From: a bacterium HR10 | Lineage (GTDB): Bacteria > Acidobacteriota > Blastocatellia > HR10 | Assembly (NCBI GenBank): GCA_002923315.1 | Contig: BEHM01000002.1 | Span: forward strand, 73,838-137,837 | Direction: 5' to 3' | DNA length: 64,000 nt | Part shown: positions 58,394 to 64,000 of the stretch, one piece after another | Layout: each line of letters opens with the position of its first letter | Position numbering within the stretch: the first letter of the stretch is position 1 | Program-made: the position numbers and the translations under genes | Notes under the pieces: model-generated | Databases searched by the model: none | What the model saw: the letters and a program-made list of their open reading frames with translations, nothing else | Told to the model about the DNA's origin: nothing

Positions 58394-58543
58394 GAGGAAG
58401 CCTGTTGTATTGAGATCTCGCATTGTGTTGGGCTTGGGACCGGGGGATGGGGTGGCTTATACTTTTCGCCCATTGCGCGCTCGTTTGTGCAACTATTCGT
58501 GGAATGGCTTGTGGTGAGTTGTGCGCCTTCAGGGGAGTAAGCT

Positions 58544-58648
58544 ATGAGATCTCAGAATTGGTGTGCCAATTGGCTCATCGCTTTTGCGGGAGCAGCGGCG
58601 TTCCTTTTAGGGAGCTTCGTCGTCGCGAGCTTCGTGACGGATCGTTGA
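58544..58648 (+). CDS. possible 34-aa hydrophobic peptide (very tentative)
   Basis: AGGGGAG lies 7 nt before the ATG. MRSQNWCANWLIAFAGAAAFLLGSFVVASFVTDR has a single TM-like helix. It is below the ORF-track size cutoff and there is no other support. Confidence 0.2.
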   Translation: MRSQNWCANWLIAFAGAAAFLLGSFVVASFVTDR

Positions 58649-58925
58649 CGGGCGGCAAGGGCCATTGCGTTGAGCGGCGCGGTATCCTTCGGTATCGCAT
58701 ATCTGGTTGCACCCTCTCGGGCGCGGCTGCATCAGGGCAAGTGATCGTCGCTGTGAGGTCTGCGATCAGTTCGATGCTTGTACGGATCTCCGCTTCCGGC
58801 GGTCCATCTTTCGCTTGTCATCAACAGTATGGGGACCTCTTGCCTTTGGCCGATGGGCATCTCTGTGGATATGATTTGTGCCGTAGCGTTCATTGGGTGT
58901 TGAGCCTTTCGCTGAAGGAGGGCCG

Positions 58926-59771
58926 ATGAGGGATCGAGCCTTCGCACTCTCAGTTCTCTGCCTCTTCCTTCTGTGGGGGTCGGAGGGCATCTCCTTAGGA
59001 CAGACTCCGTCGGGAGGGGGCGCGCGGGAGGAGATTGTTCGCTTCTCCAGATTTTACCCTCTGCTGAATCGGCGAGTGACGTTCGATGCGCGCCCTCGTC
59101 CGCGTGAGATCCTTGTCCGGATTGACGGTCTCAGACTCGATGACGTGCTCGTTATACGCGGCCAGGGAGAGGTGCTGAGCATTTGGGCCGGCTACGCCTC
59201 GGGGCGTTTGGGCGATCTTCTTCAACGAGGGGGATTGGACGTTCACCCGCTCCCCTCTTCGTGCGTGCGCGTGGAGGGAACGACCGTGAGCGTGCGGCGT
59301 CCTGAGGAGATCGAGGGGATCGTCTTCGTTGACCTTCAGGTCCCCAAGGATACGCGCGTTCACCTGGTGCGAGATGGGCAGACGCTGCTGCGCGCGCGGG
59401 TGAGCGAGCCCATCGCCCTTCGGGAGGGCGCCTTGGCGCCGGGATCACGGAATCCCGCCGAGACCGTTTTACGCGCGGTCTTCGGGGGGAACGCCCCCGA
59501 TGTGCTCCGACCGCCCTCTCCGGACCAACCCTACATCGTGTCGTTTCACCGATTGACGATCCGCAAGAGGGTGCCGGTGAGTATCCCCCGAGGGGAGAGA
59601 CTCGTCGTGCTCTTTGTGATCAACGCCGATGGAACCGTTGCTCAGGTGGTCTCTCTGGAGCCGGAGACGGTCGCTCCTGAGGTGGAACAGGCCTTGCGGC
59701 AATGGGAGTTCGAGCCCTTCGTCTATGAGGGGCGTGCCGTCTCGGTGAAGACGCTCGCCCTCATTCGGTGA
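58926..59771 (+). CDS. secreted protein with C-terminal TonB-C-like domain (hypothetical)
   Basis: GAAGGAGGG lies before ATG 58926. Signal peptide MRDRAFALSVLCLFLLWGSEGISLG. The C-terminus RGERLVVLFVINADGTVAQVVSLEPETVAPEVEQALRQWEFEPFVYEGRAV resembles the TonB C-terminal fold. Confidence 0.65.
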   Translation: MRDRAFALSVLCLFLLWGSEGISLGQTPSGGGAREEIVRFSRFYPLLNRRVTFDARPRPREILVRIDGLRLDDVLVIRGQGEVLSIWAGYASGRLGDLLQRGGLDVHPLPSSCVRVEGTTVSVRRPEEIEGIVFVDLQVPKDTRVHLVRDGQTLLRARVSEPIALREGALAPGSRNPAETVLRAVFGGNAPDVLRPPSPDQPYIVSFHRLTIRKRVPVSIPRGERLVVLFVINADGTVAQVVSLEPETVAPEVEQALRQWEFEPFVYEGRAVSVKTLALIR

Positions 59772-59888
59772 GAGCTCGTTCGGTGAAGCTGTCCTCTTCA
59801 TCCACCGCGCGGGGTTCCCAAGCGATCTCTAGACCGCTTGAGATGCCCGCCCATCCCTCCGAATCTCCATCGAGAGGGAGCGTCCCGT

Positions 59889-61691
59889 CTACGGATCGCG
59901 CGGCCGAGGGGGAATCACTATGGGGTTCTCAATCAAGTGGGGCTCGATCACTCCATCAGAGGGGACGTACCGACTTCCTCCCTCTCGGTGATTGCGCGCC
60001 CACTTTCGTGGGACCTTCTCGATTCCGATCGGGTAGATCGTGAGCTGACCGCGCTCGTCCAGGTGCAGGCGCAGGAAGTTCTTGTAATCCTCGATGCGGA
60101 GCGCGGAGAAGGCTTCGTTGGCGTGCTGCCCGAAGATGTTCAGCGAGAGCAGTAGGTACGCTCCCATGATCCACGATCCGATCCCCCACCCCCACAGGAA
60201 CGTTATCCCCGTTGCGGTGAAGAAATAACCGACCGATGGATGCTGATCCGGGAGTCCCCAGAGGCGCACGCTCGCGCGATGGGCCATCCACGCGCCGATC
60301 AACGCGGCGAGCAGATGCACCAGGGCATGGGCCGACCCGGCGATGTTGAAGACTCCAAGGAGCTTCCACTTCCAGAGACCACGGGAAAGCGCCCTCCACA
60401 TGCGACGCATCTTGCCGGAGACGCCCGTTTGGATGATGCGGCTTTCGTTCACATCATCCTGGTCGGTGAAGAGGCAGAAGACGAAGACGATCATCAAAAG
60501 CCAAATGATCGCCGACGGAGTGATGACGAGCCTATGGAGCGAGTCTGTGACCGCTTCCCAGAGCGACTCGAACCTGTAGAGTTGGTGTGGCATCGTCCAG
60601 CTCAATGCGGCATAGGCGGCTCCAGGGAGAATCCCGAACCGGAAATTGCGGATCGGGAACAGCAGGTTTCGCCACGTGAGGCGGCGAGATGTCTGGCGAT
60701 CGGGGAATTCTGCGGCTAGGCGGAACCACGCGCCGTCATAGTGGATTTGATCCACATTGGGGCCGTGGGTCGGGTGGAGAAAGGCGCCGCCTCCGCCGGC
60801 GATGATCAGATGGACCTTCGACCCGTCAGCAGTCTCGTGTTCGTGTCGCCGATAGTGATGGATGTCGCCCGTGAGCCGGAGGACGATGCGCGCGCCTCTT
60901 GGCGCGAGGATCTTCCGCTCGAAGTAGCGCAGATTCGCCGCGAGCTCGGCGCCATAGATCCAGTCGGGTTTCGGCGTGCAGAGGATGACGCGATCTCCGG
61001 GCGCCATCTGTTGGGCGATGGTCTGAAAATACTCGAGTTGCGGCCCGTCAATGTCGGCTTCCAGTTGAATGTCCACGCCAAGGAGCCACCAGCCGTGCGG
61101 AAGCTTGAGGGCGAAGTAACTGCGCGTTTGCGGGAGCTGCCATCCACCGATCCATCGAGGTGGCGTCTTCTGGCAGAACAAGCGCGTGAAGCTGACCAAG
61201 CCATCATACCAATCGTGGTTGCCGGGAAGCGCGAAGAGATGGGGATGCGGGGGATCCGACCACGGGAAGGCGGCTTCGTACGGAGCAACGAGCCGTCGCT
61301 CGTATTCCTCCCGGCTCGCCACCGGATAGACTTCGTCTCCCCCCATGATGAGGAGATCGCCGCGTCGCGTCTCGATCATTTGTCCATCTGAGCGTCGCAC
61401 GCTCAGCCTCTCCTGCGCCAGACAATAAGCCACGGCGTACGTCGAATTCCAGCCATCACCGAGATCAGCCACATAATCCATCCACAGCTCGCGCCGATCG
61501 CTGTAATCGAACACCTGCTGCTCCTCCCGCAGACCCGCCAGGATGATCCGAGCATCAGCGCGCGAACCCCAGATGGTCGAAGCGAGGACCTGAATGCCGG
61601 TTCTGATGAGCTGTCTCGGGTCGTACCAGTGAACCATCTCGGGTTTTGAGGGGGCGCATTCCTCTCTTCGGATCAGATCCTCTTCTCTCAC
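59889..61691 (-). CDS. calcineurin-like metallophosphoesterase fused to a C-terminal multi-TM domain
   Basis: YVADLGDGWNS, IMGGDEVYP, LPGNHDWYDG, LTGDIHHYRRH, IAGGGGAFLHPTH. Several hydrophobic helices follow (IIWLLMIVFVFCLF, LLGVFNIAGSAHALVHLLAALIGAW, ITFLWGWGIGSWIMGAYLLLSL). Confidence 0.8.
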   Translation of the reverse strand: MREEDLIRREECAPSKPEMVHWYDPRQLIRTGIQVLASTIWGSRADARIILAGLREEQQVFDYSDRRELWMDYVADLGDGWNSTYAVAYCLAQERLSVRRSDGQMIETRRGDLLIMGGDEVYPVASREEYERRLVAPYEAAFPWSDPPHPHLFALPGNHDWYDGLVSFTRLFCQKTPPRWIGGWQLPQTRSYFALKLPHGWWLLGVDIQLEADIDGPQLEYFQTIAQQMAPGDRVILCTPKPDWIYGAELAANLRYFERKILAPRGARIVLRLTGDIHHYRRHEHETADGSKVHLIIAGGGGAFLHPTHGPNVDQIHYDGAWFRLAAEFPDRQTSRRLTWRNLLFPIRNFRFGILPGAAYAALSWTMPHQLYRFESLWEAVTDSLHRLVITPSAIIWLLMIVFVFCLFTDQDDVNESRIIQTGVSGKMRRMWRALSRGLWKWKLLGVFNIAGSAHALVHLLAALIGAWMAHRASVRLWGLPDQHPSVGYFFTATGITFLWGWGIGSWIMGAYLLLSLNIFGQHANEAFSALRIEDYKNFLRLHLDERGQLTIYPIGIEKVPRKWARNHREGGSRYVPSDGVIEPHLIENPIVIPPRPRDP

Positions 61692-61869
61692 CGCGCGTCG
61701 CTCCTCCCAATTGGAGAGCTACTGGCTATCCTGAGCACCAAAAGCGCCAGGTTCTGACACGCGTGAGAGTTTTCGTCTCTCTTTGGGACATTTCGAGCAG
61801 TTTGCGTGATCGTACTGCCGCTACAGCGAGCAGGTGGATATTGTTTCGCCCGGATGAGCGCGAGAATCC

Positions 61870-63342
61870 TCACGCGTTCTCCTTCTCGTCGCTGTCTTCA
61901 ACGAGCGGCAGCTCGACGGTGAAGCGGCTGCCGCGGCCGACCTCACTCTCGACCCGGATCGCGCCGCCGTGCGCTTCGACGATCCATCGGCAAATGGCGA
62001 GGCCCAGACCCGAGCCCGGCGTCCCTCTGGAAGAGCGTCGGTAGAAGCGCTCGAAGATGTGGGGGAGATCCTCTGCGGAGATTCCGCACCCGGTGTCCTC
62101 GACGTCCACACGCGCGCGCCTTTCGGCTCGACTCAGTCGGAGCGTGACGCGTCCCCCCGGAGGGGTGAACTTCAGCGCGTTGTCGAGGAGATTCAGCAGC
62201 GCGCGCCGCAGTCGCCGTTGATCGCCCAGGACCATGAGCGGCTCGCCCGAATCATGAAGCGCGAGCTCGAGGTGGCGTGTTTCGGCGATCGGGCGGATCT
62301 GCTCGAAGACGTCGCGAGCGAGGACATCGAGCTGGAGGGGGGTGAGGTCGAGGGCGAGCCTCCCACTCTCGGAGCGAGCCAGCAGGAGGAGATCATCGGC
62401 CAGCGCGCTCAAGCGCAAGATCTCGTCCAGGCAGCGGCGCAGGACCTGCTGGTACTCCTCGGCGGAGCGTTCGCGGCGCAGAGCGATCTCCAGATCCGAG
62501 CGAAGGATCGCCAGCGGTGTGCGCAGCTCGTGAGCAGCATCCTCGGCGAAGCGCCGCTCTCGCTCGAAGGCTTCATGGAGTCGGGCGATCATCTCGTTGA
62601 ACGTCTCCGCCAGGCGAGCCAGCTCATCCCGCGAGGGAGGGACTTCGACGCGCTCCGTGAGCGTGCGCGCGGTGATGGCGCGAGCGGCGCGCGTGAGGCG
62701 GTCCACCGGCTGAAGGGCTCTCGCCGCGATGCCCAGGCCACCGAAGCTCGCAGCGATCAGGGCCAGGGTGATCGTGAGCATCAACGTCGTCAGGAGCTTT
62801 CGTTCGGCCCGACGAATATCCTCGATGACGTATCCGGCGCGGATGAAGGCGTCCACTTCTCCACGCGCATCCAGGACCCGCCAGGTGACGACGCGCATTG
62901 CGCGGCCATCGGGCGTGCGCGCGTTCTCGCGGATCGGCTCCTGACTCTGGCGGACGCGCTCGAGCGTCTCCAGACGGAGGGGGACGCGGTCGTTCTCCGA
63001 AGCAGCAGCGACGTCGGCGACTGCCCCCTCTGGGGTGATCAATTCGACGAAGGCTGGCGCGATGGTGAATCGTTCCGCGCGCGGTTCGCGGAAGTCTTCC
63101 CCCTGTTCGAGGGCGCGCAGTCGCGCCTCGATGAGCCGCACCTGCTGGTCGAGCGCGACGTCCACGGCGTGGCGCAAACTGCGGGATAAGGAGAGGTGCA
63201 AAACGGTCCCGGAGGTGATGAGGACGCTCGCCATCACGCCCACATACCAGAGGGTCAGCTTCGCGCGCAGCGAGAGGGGGTGCCAGAATCTCATGCTCGG
63301 TCTCGCTTCTTCGATGCGGCCGCTCTCAGCGGGGAAGCGCAT
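61870..63342 (-). CDS. sensor histidine kinase (two TM, HAMP, HisKA, HATPase); no adjacent response regulator
   Basis: AAHELRTPLA H-box; LLNLLDNALKFT, DTGCGISAED, GSGLGLAICR. An alternative and more typical start is ATG 63294 (MRFWHPLSLRAKLTLWY). Confidence 0.85.
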   Translation of the reverse strand: MRFPAESGRIEEARPSMRFWHPLSLRAKLTLWYVGVMASVLITSGTVLHLSLSRSLRHAVDVALDQQVRLIEARLRALEQGEDFREPRAERFTIAPAFVELITPEGAVADVAAASENDRVPLRLETLERVRQSQEPIRENARTPDGRAMRVVTWRVLDARGEVDAFIRAGYVIEDIRRAERKLLTTLMLTITLALIAASFGGLGIAARALQPVDRLTRAARAITARTLTERVEVPPSRDELARLAETFNEMIARLHEAFERERRFAEDAAHELRTPLAILRSDLEIALRRERSAEEYQQVLRRCLDEILRLSALADDLLLLARSESGRLALDLTPLQLDVLARDVFEQIRPIAETRHLELALHDSGEPLMVLGDQRRLRRALLNLLDNALKFTPPGGRVTLRLSRAERRARVDVEDTGCGISAEDLPHIFERFYRRSSRGTPGSGLGLAICRWIVEAHGGAIRVESEVGRGSRFTVELPLVEDSDEKENA

Positions 63343-63357
63343 CGCTGGAGGCGCGGC

Positions 63358-64000
63358 TTACTTTCGCGCTGAGGGCGGGCCGACGTGAATATGAGCGCCC
63401 GTGGCGGAGTTCGGGACTTCGTCGCTGAAGGCGATGTAGGGAATACCGCGCCGGGTCAGGTAATCGAGCACCCAGCGTCCCTGCTCGCTCTCCGGATGCA
63501 GGGCGATGTCCACGCGCCCGCGATGATCCAAACCGAGGCGATCATGCGTGGGCGTTTGTCCGAATGCACTGATGGGCAGCGGAGCGCCGAAGCGCCTCTG
63601 ATAGGCCCGCATGAGGGCTCCAAGGTCGCCGAGGGTGAAGCGCCCCGCTCCGTAGGAACGCGCCACGCGCACGAGGGCGCGCGAGAGTGATGGCCGTCGG
63701 CGCTCGCGCTCGGCGGCTCGCTCGGCATACTCCCGGGCGCGCGCGAGCGCGTCTCGCGCCAGTCGTTCGACCTCGCGCGCAGCCTCCAATTGAGCTTGTG
63801 CCGTCCGCGCTTCCAGCTCGGCCCATTCGAGATCACGACGGGCGATGAGCCCTCGCGCATACAACGCGCGCAGGCGCTCTACCTTCTCCCGAGCCGCCTG
63901 CGCGTGCTCTTCAGCTGCGCGCAACGCAGCGCTGGCCTGCTCCAGGTTCGCCTCGGCGCGTTGCAGCTCCGGCACCAGGAAGGAGGATTGCGCGCGAGCG
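63358..64000 (-). CDS. coiled-coil protein with possible LAS/hedgehog-type zinc-peptidase-like C-terminal domain, partial (N-terminus beyond window end)
   Basis: The frame stays open upstream of the track's GTG 63975 to position 64000. Heptad-like LQRAEANLEQASAALRAAEEHAQAAREKVERLRALY.... The C-terminal GLDHRGRVDIAL ... SATGAHIHVG resembles the His/Asp ... HxH zinc ligands. Confidence 0.6.
   Translation of the reverse strand, partial: ARAQSSFLVPELQRAEANLEQASAALRAAEEHAQAAREKVERLRALYARGLIARRDLEWAELEARTAQAQLEAAREVERLARDALARAREYAERAAERERRRPSLSRALVRVARSYGAGRFTLGDLGALMRAYQRRFGAPLPISAFGQTPTHDRLGLDHRGRVDIALHPESEQGRWVLDYLTRRGIPYIAFSDEVPNSATGAHIHVGPPSARK

Noticed and set aside
58423-58929. A 168-aa Cys-rich ORF filling the gap between the VWA gene and the TonB-C-like gene.
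   Set aside because: It has no SD, a non-ATG start, no signal or TM logic and an erratic composition. It overlaps the better-supported start at 58926. It is treated as non-coding or unknown and flagged in the island finding.
1-64000. Searched by eye for CRISPR repeats, tRNA T-arm signatures (GGTTCGAATCC-like), rRNA, transposase/integrase genes, reverse transcriptases, toxin-antitoxin pairs and known defence-system ATPase/nuclease pairs.
   Set aside because: None found. The only periodic DNA repeats are the intragenic coding repeats, the MraZ boxes and the (GACA)6 tract. The DnaC/IstB-like ATPase at 1-501 has no adjacent transposase within the window. It carries an N-terminal zinc-ribbon more typical of replicative loaders.

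Overview
This is a GC-rich bacterial chromosomal segment with no rRNA, tRNA, CRISPR array or transposase that I can recognise. Gene content (a 'VWFA-related Acidobacterial domain'-type protein, many FG-GAP/VCBS surface proteins, an Acidobacteria-style TonB) suggests an Acidobacteriota-like organism; that is inference only. All calls come from reading the ORF translations and the DNA by eye, with no database search. 

Layout:
- 1-0.5 kb: partial DnaC-like ATPase.
- 0.9-6.1 kb: a giant surface repeat protein of about 1,730 aa.
- 6.5-12.2 kb: housekeeping genes (DUF1844, ribF, ispH, queC, a K+-independent H+-pyrophosphatase).
- 12.2-19 kb: transport and metal genes (APC permease, TonB, VIT1) and a LysE exporter/BpsA-like aminopropyltransferase operon.
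- 19.5-21.6 kb: tatA and hypothetical proteins.
- 21.7-28.1 kb: a tightly packed six-gene operon (B12-type radical SAM, DegT aminotransferase, DedA, FtsX-type permease, YdjC/HpnK/NaxD-type deacetylase, polyprenyl-phosphate-type GT2).
- 28.1-32.6 kb: a sensor kinase plus sigma-54 NtrC-type regulator, divergent from rtcB.
- 33.3-35.7 kb: a second FG-GAP surface protein.
- 35.9-38.7 kb: a nucleotide-sugar dehydrogenase coupled to an alkaline-phosphatase-family gene.
- 39.5-56.5 kb, minus strand: a complete dcw cluster (mraZ-rsmH-ftsL-ftsI-murE-murF-mraY-murD-ftsW-murG-murC-ftsQ-ftsA-ftsZ).
- 56.8-58.9 kb: a visibly lower-GC island.
- 59.9-64 kb: a metallophosphoesterase, an orphan histidine kinase and a partial coiled-coil gene.

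Most interesting observations:
1. A peroxiredoxin-like CxxC gene is interrupted by an in-frame TGA exactly at the first redox Cys, with a SECIS-like hairpin just downstream. It is probably a selenoprotein that the ORF track truncates.
2. A (GACA)x6 tract sits exactly between perfect TTGACA and TATAAT hexamers. Loss of one unit would give the optimal 17-nt spacer. The promoter drives a low-GC operon for a small Cys-rich secreted protein and a VWA protein, so it is a candidate phase-variable promoter.
3. A C9 homopolymer lies inside the second surface-protein gene.
4. Three phased GTGG MraZ boxes follow a TTGACA-N17-TAGCAT promoter.
5. A strong intrinsic terminator with no upstream gene sits directly in front of tatA.
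6. The radical-SAM/deacetylase/GT2/DegT/DedA operon is a candidate lipid-linked aminosugar or cyclitol pathway.

Many long ORFs in the track are antisense or alternative-frame artefacts of high GC and were rejected.
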